Virus record (IMG/VR): IMGVR_UViG_3300014913_000002
Location: 1-53,394 of that record
Strand: one strand, 5' to 3'
Length of the DNA stretch: 53,394 nt
From: a virus
Taxonomy: Duplodnaviria; Caudoviricetes
The notes under the pieces were generated by a model. The model searched no databases. It was not told where the DNA came from and was given only the letters and a program-made list of their open reading frames with translations. Both the position numbers and the translations under genes were made by a program. The number at the start of each line of letters is the position of its first letter. Within the stretch, counting starts at the first letter, position 1. Shown here one piece after another: positions 45,960 through 53,394 of the stretch.

Positions 45960-46931
45960 TCATTGTCCTATCCTTTCTATCTTTACTACAAAATATGGCC
46001 TCTTTTCAACATATTTCTTTTTGATCTCATCGGGAATATTATAATGGGTTCGCTCATACTCTTTGGTTTCAACCTTCCAATCACCGATAATTGTGTTTTT
46101 ACCCTTCAGCTCTTCTTTGATTTCCTTGTCGAGTTCTTGGAATTCTTTAGCTAACTCTTTTAGCTCTCCCCAGCGGTTGAGTTTTGCCTCTAGCTCTTCA
46201 TCACTCAGGATGTCAAAGCCTTCTCCGAAATCTTTATCCGGGAAACAAGATGTCCGGGCAAAACCACATCTTTTACACTCTTCACAAGGCTCAACTGGTG
46301 GTAATTCGTTTTTGGCTACATATTCATTTACCAGCTCTAATTTCTGGAGTATTGTTTCTGCGTATTCAAGATTCTCGTCAGTAAGGTAGAAAGTTTTCTG
46401 GCATAATTCACCGGTGGACTTGTTCTTGAAAATAATTATCCCTGTATCTTTGCCGTCCATGAGCATATAGAGAAGAATCTGGGCCGGGTATTTGCGAATC
46501 CATGGATATTTCGACTTCAACATATCTTCAGGTGATATATCTTTAATGGCTCTAAAAACATTCGGAGAACAGCTTTTTATTTCAAGTGGAATGAGAATCG
46601 GTTTTCCGTTTTGCTCGATTCGGATTTTGGCATCTATATGGCCTGAGAGCTGAAATTTCTTCCACTCAAAAGGTCGTTGTTGTTCAACGAGAGTATATCC
46701 TGCCTCTCTTAGTTTCTGGAGGACCGCTTCTTCATGGAGATTCCCTTCTTCAAATATTCGCTGGAGTGAAACATCATGAAGCTCTTTCAATTCCGGATGG
46801 AGCCGGGAAAGCACTAAAAACCGGACACAAGGATGGCCCGCTTCACTAGCCCTATTGTTTGGATGAGGATATTGTTTTATCTTTCTCCGATAAACCTCAT
46901 CAACTGCTTCAACCAGATTGATGTCTATCAT
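45960..46931 (-). CDS. Cas4-like PD-(D/E)xK exonuclease
   Basis: ASEAGHPC, GHID, EIKS, Q..LY, C-terminal CKRC....SC cluster. Confidence 0.85.
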   Translation of the reverse strand: MIDINLVEAVDEVYRRKIKQYPHPNNRASEAGHPCVRFLVLSRLHPELKELHDVSLQRIFEEGNLHEEAVLQKLREAGYTLVEQQRPFEWKKFQLSGHIDAKIRIEQNGKPILIPLEIKSCSPNVFRAIKDISPEDMLKSKYPWIRKYPAQILLYMLMDGKDTGIIIFKNKSTGELCQKTFYLTDENLEYAETILQKLELVNEYVAKNELPPVEPCEECKRCGFARTSCFPDKDFGEGFDILSDEELEAKLNRWGELKELAKEFQELDKEIKEELKGKNTIIGDWKVETKEYERTHYNIPDEIKKKYVEKRPYFVVKIERIGQ

Positions 46932-47854
46932 TGTGCACCCTCCTCAAAAAGAGGTTGCCCTTGTTCTTCTTCTGGTTCGGTTCCTACCTCGGCTTCCCAA
47001 GCCTCTTTGACCTTCCCGTATGTAACTTGAATCCATTTTTCAGATTTCAAATCTTCAGGCGATTTAGCGTAATAGGTCCTTTCTTTTCCATTTTTGGTAG
47101 TGGTAACTTTCGAATATTCCTCAAGAAGTGTAAGGGCCTGAGCCTCATCTCCAAGGGCTAAATCCATGAGCATTTTCCAGGTTTTCTCCCGGAGTTCTAA
47201 GGCCTGCAGACTGAGGGTTCTTTCAGTCTTTTTCTTCCCAGACCTATATTCAATCTTCTGGATTTTAGAAACATTCAACCCGGCTTTTTTCAGGTCGTCA
47301 AAAGTAACCGACATGAGCCCAACTAATCGCTTGATAAGGCGGTTGTGAAGATTGGTGACCGCTTTCCGGCGAATATTTGCAACGTCTACTTCTTCGACCG
47401 GAATAAGCTTTCCGCCCATCCGAGCAAAAAACTTATCTCTCTGTGTGCAGACGCCTACGTCTTCAACTGTTCGGTTCAGCTTCTTTGAATAGGCCCTTCC
47501 TGTCGCAATAAAACCGAAATAACGACCTTTAGCATCTTCATACCACTCCTGTTTCACTTGAACATCGGTAATATCCACACCCCAGGCAATAGCGATATTC
47601 TCAGCCCCTCGGTCCATAAGATAAGGGTTTCCGCCCTGGTCAATCCAATCTTCTTCCTTAGTGAGCTTCAGGGATAGGATTTTGATTTGGTTGAATAGTT
47701 TAATGTTTTTCTCTAGTTGCTCAATTTCTTCTTGAATTTTGCGTGAATCAAGTTTCACAGCCGGAATATTGATAATTCCACCATTTTGTTCTGCTACTTC
47801 GATGGCTTCATCCTTAACCTCTTCCTTTGTGATTTTTTCATTGGCATTAGCCAT
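46928..47854 (-). CDS. Putative ssDNA-annealing/recombination protein
   Basis: Upstream partner of the exonuclease; PYL...GAE, G.C, NIRRKA.T; acidic C-terminus. Confidence 0.55.
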   Translation of the reverse strand: MANANEKITKEEVKDEAIEVAEQNGGIINIPAVKLDSRKIQEEIEQLEKNIKLFNQIKILSLKLTKEEDWIDQGGNPYLMDRGAENIAIAWGVDITDVQVKQEWYEDAKGRYFGFIATGRAYSKKLNRTVEDVGVCTQRDKFFARMGGKLIPVEEVDVANIRRKAVTNLHNRLIKRLVGLMSVTFDDLKKAGLNVSKIQKIEYRSGKKKTERTLSLQALELREKTWKMLMDLALGDEAQALTLLEEYSKVTTTKNGKERTYYAKSPEDLKSEKWIQVTYGKVKEAWEAEVGTEPEEEQGQPLFEEGAQ

Positions 47855-47869
47855 GCCAAACCTCCTATT

Positions 47870-48097
47870 TTATTTTTTAGCCCAAAGGCTTGGATTCGAA
47901 AATATAAATTTCTTGCCATTGAAATGGTCGAAGTGTTCACAACCGGAAAGAAGCACAGCGGGTTTTTTGAGATAGATAGTTCCAAAATTTAAGGCCTGGA
48001 TAAATTCCGGATCAGGAGACTCAATATAGACAGCTCTTTTTCCACAATAAGGGCAGGTATCTGTGGCATAAAAAACATCGGTGGATTTTTGTTTCAT
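47870..48097 (-). CDS. Small CxxC protein
   Basis: CPYCG...CEHFDHF; AGGAGG RBS. Confidence 0.6.
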   Translation of the reverse strand: MKQKSTDVFYATDTCPYCGKRAVYIESPDPEFIQALNFGTIYLKKPAVLLSGCEHFDHFNGKKFIFSNPSLWAKK

Positions 48098-48105
48098 TTT
48101 TCCTC

Positions 48106-48327
48106 CTAAAAAAGAAGATTTTCTAGGGGAATGCCAGTTTTTTTATGAATCTTCAGGGCCAGCTTTTTTCCGAATTTTCGCTTACCACGAAAATAATAAG
48201 AGAGATAAGATTCAGATACCCCTAAATATCGAGACAATTCTCTCTGGGTCTCAATTTGATGAAGACACATAAATTCCTGGAGATTTTTAGGTTGTGGTTT
48301 CTTTTTGAGAAATCCTGAAATTCTCAT
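48106..48327 (-). CDS. Cro/XRE-like HTH regulator
   Basis: TQRELSRYLGVSESYLSYYFRGKR; first gene of the leftward operon. Confidence 0.85.
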   Translation of the reverse strand: MRISGFLKKKPQPKNLQEFMCLHQIETQRELSRYLGVSESYLSYYFRGKRKFGKKLALKIHKKTGIPLENLLF

Positions 48328-48336
48328 TGCAATATC

Positions 48337-48365
48337 AATATAAGGAAAAATTCTACATTTGTCAA
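48337..48365 (-). promoter_or_regulatory. Leftward early promoter
   Basis: TTGACA-N17-TATATT. Confidence 0.75.
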
Positions 48366-48502
48366 GTTCTAAATTAAAAAAATTTCAAAATCCTAATACA
48401 AAATCCTTCCTGATAATTATTGAAAAAAACCATAAAATTGCACATGGTATTGTGCAAAATTAAAAAAATTTAAAAAAAATTCAAAAAAATTTAATAAAAA
48501 AC

Positions 48503-48531
48503 TTGACAAGTGGCATATTTTGGCTTATATT
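48503..48531 (+). promoter_or_regulatory. Rightward early promoter
   Basis: TTGACA-N17-TATATT preceded by A-tracts (UP-element-like). Confidence 0.8.
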
Positions 48532-48573
48532 AATAGTAGAAAGATGAGAGAGAAAAAAGAAAGGAGAGAAAAA

Positions 48574-49014
48574 ATGAAAGAAAAGAAACAAATCATCTTA
48601 GGGACTTTTTCAGTGGTTCGAGAAACCGAGAAAGCATATCTTCTTCGTTTCAAAGGAACTTCTCGGGATTGTTGGGGTGGATTATTTTACTCTGAGAAAG
48701 ACGAGGAGTTCTGGGTTCCAAAGTCAGCCATCGAGCGGATTGGCGACGGCTATATCGTCGCTCGGTGGTGGAAACTTCGAGATGGCGATCCCGTCTTGGA
48801 CAGCACCCGCTGGCCGGGTTGTCGGGTAGTACTTTGGCTTCCCCCCTCTACACCGCGGTATGAGGAGCTGATTAGCTTAAAGGACTGGGAAGTCCAAGTC
48901 TTTCAGGTCACCTGGGCGAAGGAGCTTGGCTCAGTTGAAGTGGAGCAAGGGAAAGCATCTTTTCAGTTTTCGGATGAAGAGGCGAAGCAGATTGTTTCTG
49001 CTTTGCTTAAATAG
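48574..49014 (+). CDS. Early hypothetical protein
   Basis: AAGGAG RBS; RETEKAYL...WVPKS motif. Confidence 0.7.
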   Translation: MKEKKQIILGTFSVVRETEKAYLLRFKGTSRDCWGGLFYSEKDEEFWVPKSAIERIGDGYIVARWWKLRDGDPVLDSTRWPGCRVVLWLPPSTPRYEELISLKDWEVQVFQVTWAKELGSVEVEQGKASFQFSDEEAKQIVSALLK

Positions 49015-49029
49015 AGAAAGGAGGTAAAG

Positions 49030-49134
49030 ATGACAAAAGTAAAATTTTTTCTTTTCAAAATTCTTTTTCCAGGAATCTATCAAAAATTCAAATGGATGGA
49101 AGAAGAGCTGAGCGGATTTTATCTTCATTGTTAA
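49030..49134 (+). CDS. 34-aa early peptide
   Basis: AAGGAGGT RBS; MTKVKFFLFKILFPGIYQKFKWMEEELSGFYLHC*. Confidence 0.6.
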   Translation: MTKVKFFLFKILFPGIYQKFKWMEEELSGFYLHC

Positions 49135-49205
49135 GCCGAAATAGCCGGGAATCACCCGGCTATCCTTCCACCGTTGGCCGGGTGGAGGCTGACGAGGCAG
49201 GCCAA
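49135..49205 (+). ncRNA. Type II hammerhead ribozyme
   Basis: GCC-GAAA-UAGCCGGG(AAUCA)CCCGGCUA-UC^-CUUCCACC(GUUGGCCG)GGUGGAGG-CUGACGA-GGC; loop I UUGGCC pairs with the 3' GGCCAA; cleavage predicted after C49164. Confidence 0.9.
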
Positions 49206-49230
49206 GAAAAATTTTCAGGGAGGTTTCAAG

Positions 49231-49434
49231 ATGAAAAGATATGAAGCTTTAAGGATTTATCAGCGGTCACCAGAGGTAGCAGGTTTTCATCCGGAGGATA
49301 TGTTCAAGGTTAAGTGTGCCAATTGCGGACGATTTTTTTCTATGTATAGGAATCATCACACAGTAAAACAAGGTGAGATAATAGAGGGAATTATCCAGTG
49401 CGAGTGTGGGCAGTGGCATAGATTTATAGATTAA
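49231..49434 (+). CDS. Early zinc-ribbon protein
   Basis: GGAGG RBS; CANC and CECG. Confidence 0.7.
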   Translation: MKRYEALRIYQRSPEVAGFHPEDMFKVKCANCGRFFSMYRNHHTVKQGEIIEGIIQCECGQWHRFID

Positions 49435-49532
49435 AAATGGTCAATATTTTATCGATCGCTGGGCTTTTCATTTGCTTGGCCGTCCTGGCCATCCGAGTCG
49501 GGACGGCCAGAAATTTTTATAGGAGGTTTTAA

Positions 49533-49742
49533 ATGAAAAGATTGGTCAATGAAAGGTTTGATGATGGCTCTCTATTCCAAATTTATTGGGATGGAGAACG
49601 GACTCTTTATGTCCGTGAGGCAAGCCTGGAGTTTGAAAGGATTATAGAGGTTTTTCTATTACCCAGACAGAAAGTCCAGGAAATTTATTGGAAAGATGCT
49701 TCAGTAGAAGATGGGGAGTATCCGGACTTTATTGAAGATTAA
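49533..49742 (+). CDS. Early hypothetical protein
   Basis: AGGAGG RBS. Confidence 0.7.
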   Translation: MKRLVNERFDDGSLFQIYWDGERTLYVREASLEFERIIEVFLLPRQKVQEIYWKDASVEDGEYPDFIED

Positions 49743-49755
49743 GGGAGAGTATAAG

Positions 49756-50229
49756 ATGAGAAAAATACATCTTGAAACCCTGCGGGAAAATTTACTGGAT
49801 GCCATGAAAAACATAGCTCAATCTACGTGGCCATTGCCAGCTGATCTTTTTGTGGAATGGTTGGTGAAATATCCGGGTCAATCCTCTAAAACACTAGGGC
49901 TTTTCCGAGATTGGTTGGAAGGAAGTAATTGGATTGTGAAAGGAGCTGAAGAAGAAGGGAAGGAAGTTTGGTGGGGTAATTATACTTATCTCCCCAATGA
50001 ATTTGTGAATTTCGCCCAAGACTGGGTAGAGGAGTCGGAAAGGTGGGGCTATTATTTGCATTGTTTGAAGTTTTTAAAAGAGAGGCTGGGTCTTACCTAC
50101 GAAGAAATGGCAGAGCTAATTGGTGTTTCATACAGAAGTTTATTTCGATGGCTGAGGGAAGGTCTATCACCATCTCGAATGGCGATACAAGTGATTGAGA
50201 ATTACTTTAGACAAGTTCGAATCCCTTAA
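49756..50229 (+). CDS. Early protein with C-terminal XRE HTH
   Basis: LGLTYEEMAELIGVSYRSLFRW. Confidence 0.75.
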   Translation: MRKIHLETLRENLLDAMKNIAQSTWPLPADLFVEWLVKYPGQSSKTLGLFRDWLEGSNWIVKGAEEEGKEVWWGNYTYLPNEFVNFAQDWVEESERWGYYLHCLKFLKERLGLTYEEMAELIGVSYRSLFRWLREGLSPSRMAIQVIENYFRQVRIP

Positions 50230-50245
50230 CCCTAAATTTTCTTTT

Positions 50246-50280
50246 ATCCCCGGGGTCTTCGGATTCCCGGGGATTTTTTT
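50246..50280 (+). terminator. Intrinsic terminator between convergent operons
   Basis: ATCCCCGGGGTC-TTCG-GATTCCCGGGGAT followed by a T-tract. Confidence 0.8.
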
Positions 50281-51544
50281 ATCCCTCCATAATTTTATCA
50301 ACCGCCCTCTTGATCGCCTTTAGTTCCGGCAACTTATTTAGTTTATAATCTACTCCAAATTTCTGTGTTTCTTTCTCAGTAAGACCCTCAAGGGCACAGT
50401 GTTTCCAAAAGCTCATATTTGGAACATCGGTTTTCTTCGCCCAGGCTCCGGCAGACATGATAATCCAACCACCACCACCGGCGACATAGTCAGTTATGAG
50501 GCCAATCATCATATCCCAGCTAGCCGGCCGGGAGAATTCTTTGTTCCAATTCCAGCCACGCAAGCCCCGACCGACAAGTTTCTCATCCCAGGTCTGCGCT
50601 CCATCTGAGTCAGAGATGATCCGCCGGCCACAAGGTTTATAGAAATATGTCTGAAATTCACAACCCTTAAGGTGATACCGATTGAATGCCCAGGCGGTAT
50701 TTATTCCATGATGAGAATATAAAACCTTCTTCCATCGCTTTACCCATTTTAGCGTGATAGAGCTGTCTATATGTTCAATCATAATCCGCTTTTGGGGGAG
50801 CTGGAGGTCTTTAGTCATGAAATTGACGATGTCGGTTAACCAAGCATCTAAGGTTTCAGGGTTTATACCTTGCGGCTCATTAACGACTTCCCAGATAACA
50901 TGAGGATTGTCAAACTCTTTTACCATGGCTCGGATATAGTCTTTAAAAATCGTCCGAATGGTTTGACTTGTGAAAAACCGTTTGTAATCAGTGGGTAAAT
51001 TAAGATGATTTCGGCTCCACATAGTCCATTTGTAGCGGAGACCTTTAATTCCAGAGGCAAGGCAAATTACCGTCTTGATGCCCCTCTTATGGAAACAATC
51101 AAGGCGACGGTGTATTTCGGTTGTATATTCTTCGTTTAACTCAAGAATCCCCTGGCCATCATACTTAAAAATAAATTTCCCCTTGTGTTTGGGTAAAGGG
51201 TAGAAAAAAGACACAAAGCAGTTTTTGTCTTCCAAACAATATGCAAAGAGGCGAATAGCATTGATGCCATGTTTTGCCAGAAGCTCGGCCGCATTATCAA
51301 ATTGATTGAAATTCCAGCTTGAGCCATCCTTGAAAGGAATAACAAAGCCATGTAAATCCCAAGGGACATAGCCAACCATAAAATCTTTGTAAGGAAAAAT
51401 TGTTTTGGTGTATTTCTTTTTTGGCTTAGGTTTTGGTTTGGGGTTTTCTTCTTTATATGAATCTGTGGAATATTTTGTTTTTAATAATTTTTTACAGATT
51501 TGTATAAGTTGGTTGAAGATAAATTTAAGGATTTTTTTAATCAT
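50279..51544 (-). CDS. Glycoside hydrolase-like TIM barrel (clan A, GH5-like)
   Basis: GINAIRLF, GIKTVICL, WEVVNEP acid/base motif. Confidence 0.6.
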   Translation of the reverse strand: MIKKILKFIFNQLIQICKKLLKTKYSTDSYKEENPKPKPKPKKKYTKTIFPYKDFMVGYVPWDLHGFVIPFKDGSSWNFNQFDNAAELLAKHGINAIRLFAYCLEDKNCFVSFFYPLPKHKGKFIFKYDGQGILELNEEYTTEIHRRLDCFHKRGIKTVICLASGIKGLRYKWTMWSRNHLNLPTDYKRFFTSQTIRTIFKDYIRAMVKEFDNPHVIWEVVNEPQGINPETLDAWLTDIVNFMTKDLQLPQKRIMIEHIDSSITLKWVKRWKKVLYSHHGINTAWAFNRYHLKGCEFQTYFYKPCGRRIISDSDGAQTWDEKLVGRGLRGWNWNKEFSRPASWDMMIGLITDYVAGGGGWIIMSAGAWAKKTDVPNMSFWKHCALEGLTEKETQKFGVDYKLNKLPELKAIKRAVDKIMEG

Positions 51545-51789
51545 TTCTTTTCCTTTGGGGTAACCTTTTGTTTTTGGGGTGGCTCAATTTTCTCAAAATA
51601 TTCCCCGTCTTTCGAGAGTCGCCATCGTTCTTTCTCCATATCAATCCCCAACTCAAAAGCCACAGTCTCAATCGCCCGCTGAAGCTCCGCCTGCTTCTGC
51701 TCAGCCAATCGGATGGCGTCCTGCACTATTAGCCTTTTCAGCCTCAAAAGCTCTCTCTGGCTCTCCATGAGTTTTATTCTTCGGGTCAT
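51541..51789 (-). CDS. Small coiled-coil protein
   Basis: Coupled ORF after the tail fibre gene. Confidence 0.55.
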   Translation of the reverse strand: MTRRIKLMESQRELLRLKRLIVQDAIRLAEQKQAELQRAIETVAFELGIDMEKERWRLSKDGEYFEKIEPPQKQKVTPKEKK

Positions 51790-52100
51790 TTAATTACTCC
51801 CTTCTTTCGTATAACTTGAATCAGTAAAGTCTTCGGGTCAACGCCTTTCTTTAAGGCGGACATAAACTCTGTATATTCGTATGAAGCTGGAGCTATTTCT
51901 TCGCCTGTATCAGGGTCTATCATTGCTTCCATGTCTTGAAGCGTAATTGTATTTCTTCTAATTTCACTTATTCCGCCCGTGTCATTTATGGCTAAAATTC
52001 TATATTCAATATCCACTCTCCTGTTCTCAAAATCAATAATCAATCCTGATAATCTCGCCTTGGAAATTATTTTGGTTTCTTTTAAATCTAATTCAGTCAT
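51786..52100 (-). CDS. Hypothetical protein (possible fibre chaperone)
   Basis: Immediately downstream of the tail fibre gene. Confidence 0.55.
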   Translation of the reverse strand: MTELDLKETKIISKARLSGLIIDFENRRVDIEYRILAINDTGGISEIRRNTITLQDMEAMIDPDTGEEIAPASYEYTEFMSALKKGVDPKTLLIQVIRKKGVIK

Positions 52101-52101
52101 A

Positions 52102-53394
52102 TTATACCGCCTTTACCGGAATTTTATAATCTGTTCCATCACAGGAAATCACTATATATTTATCAGGTGTAAAAGTTCCTGCCGTCGGGGTTTGGTCTAT
52201 GCGGAATGAATCACATCGCAATTCTGCTTGAACATCAAGGTTACCATACATCTCATCACCTCTTTTATGAATATGCCAAGGGTCCCAACTTGCAGTTTGG
52301 TGATACAAAATTACCCTTTGAAGTCTAAGGTGATATGTTAATGGGTTTGGAACAGTTAATGTTATCCGAAGTTTATAAATACAGCAACTTGAACTTGTCG
52401 CCTGAAAAAGGGGACCCAAAAAAACATGGTCAGTTATAGTTACATCTTGGTCAAAAACCGTGGCGTATGAACCTTCATCATTATCCCAATCCTCAATTTT
52501 AATATGCGTAGGATATTGAGATGTAGCCCACCTGAAAGTTAAGGCTAATCGGAAATAAGCACTTGCCTTGTGTGTAATTGGTGAGCCGCTAGTATCAATC
52601 TCAATAACTATTCCACCTGTCGTATCAGTTCCAGAATTCCATTGTATCCAATCGGATGTATCATGAAAAATATAACTGGTGGAACCACTATCCTGGGCTG
52701 GTGAAATTGAAACTGAAGCCCCTTTTTCCACTAGATTTGCAAATTCATCTTGATAATCAAGCATAATAATATGTGTAATGTCATATCTTCTGGGTATGTA
52801 AATATCAGTTAAGCGTCGGTCTAAACTAGTAGTTAATCCTAAACTAACATCGCCCGAAACATCAAGGTCGCCAACATTAGTCAAATCCTGCCCATTCCAA
52901 TCAAATGCCGAACCCGCCTTCCCCGAAAGCTGAGCCAGAATCTCAGCATCCGTCCGACTCTCAAGCCCTGAAGATGTCGCCCTGACAAGATTACCAGCAG
53001 TCAGCCCTGCGGCTTGGTCAACTTGGAGAATTTTGTTATCCGCTATACCTACATCCACATTAAAAGTTCTATTAGCAGAAATATCACCCCCGCCGGTCAA
53101 GCCTGTCCCAGCAATCAGGGTGACTGATGTATGGTCTATATGCTCATTAGCAACAAAGTCAGTAAACGAATCATGAGAAAGATTATAAATATTTGATGGT
53201 GAAGATAATGTTAAATCGTTGAATGTAGGACTTGCAGTTGTGCGGACATCTTGGTCAAGGTGATAACCATCCGTGGTCTCGGCATCTATTCCTAAAGCAT
53301 CATGAACGGCTTTAGTATGGTCGGCTTGTTTAACATAGATATTATTTAGTATCTCAGTGCTTGTCGGAATTTCCCAGCGACTTCCAGAAGCACC
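52102..53394 (-). CDS. Tail fibre/receptor-binding-like protein, C-terminal part (starts at 804 via the circular junction)
   Basis: Frame open from the window end; DQDVRTTASPTF, AGTGLTGGGD; C-terminal GTDYKIP. Confidence 0.8.
   Translation of the reverse strand, partial: GASGSRWEIPTSTEILNNIYVKQADHTKAVHDALGIDAETTDGYHLDQDVRTTASPTFNDLTLSSPSNIYNLSHDSFTDFVANEHIDHTSVTLIAGTGLTGGGDISANRTFNVDVGIADNKILQVDQAAGLTAGNLVRATSSGLESRTDAEILAQLSGKAGSAFDWNGQDLTNVGDLDVSGDVSLGLTTSLDRRLTDIYIPRRYDITHIIMLDYQDEFANLVEKGASVSISPAQDSGSTSYIFHDTSDWIQWNSGTDTTGGIVIEIDTSGSPITHKASAYFRLALTFRWATSQYPTHIKIEDWDNDEGSYATVFDQDVTITDHVFLGPLFQATSSSCCIYKLRITLTVPNPLTYHLRLQRVILYHQTASWDPWHIHKRGDEMYGNLDVQAELRCDSFRIDQTPTAGTFTPDKYIVISCDGTDYKIPVKAV
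53314..53394. repeat. 81-bp terminal overlap, right copy
   Basis: Identical to 1-81. Confidence 0.97.

Noticed and set aside
45960-46931. Cas4 as evidence of a CRISPR system
   Set aside because: No array or other cas genes; it sits next to an annealing protein like a standard phage recombination exonuclease
1-53394. Stop-codon recoding, diversity-generating retroelement or retron
   Set aside because: Core genes are intact in the standard code using all three stops; no reverse transcriptase or TR/VR pair seen
1-53394. Apparent CCGG abundance as a host or modification signature
   Set aside because: Visual impression only; needs k-mer statistics and may just reflect CGG/CCG codon usage

Overview
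This window is an apparently complete ~53.3 kb tailed dsDNA phage genome with siphovirus-type morphogenesis genes. Bases 1-81 are repeated at 53314-53394, and a tail-fibre-like ORF reads in frame across that junction. Most genes lie on the minus strand in this order: Cro-like HTH, recombination/replication (annealing protein, Cas4-like nuclease, initiator with an embedded HNH domain, DnaB), many small accessory genes, lysis, terminase, portal, MuF, prohead protease, tRNA-Ala, two tandem HK97-fold capsid genes, neck and tail. A short plus-strand early operon sits at about 48.5-50.2 kb. I recognised no integrase or DNA polymerase. The most unusual elements are: (1) a Ro60/TROVE gene co-transcribed with two ~70-nt Y-RNA-like hairpins whose apical loops resemble tRNA-Asn(GUU) and tRNA-Tyr(GUA) anticodon arms, with an RNA-repair-type nucleotidyltransferase and orphan antitoxin-like genes nearby; (2) a complete type II hammerhead ribozyme with a pseudoknot inside the early operon; (3) a GT2-LicD-cytidylyltransferase-GT2 fusion plus a second GT2 inserted in the neck module; (4) a ClpP homologue lacking the catalytic Asp; (5) unexplained structured RNAs around the protease and capsid genes. 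All calls come from motif recognition and manual pairing; no searches were run.
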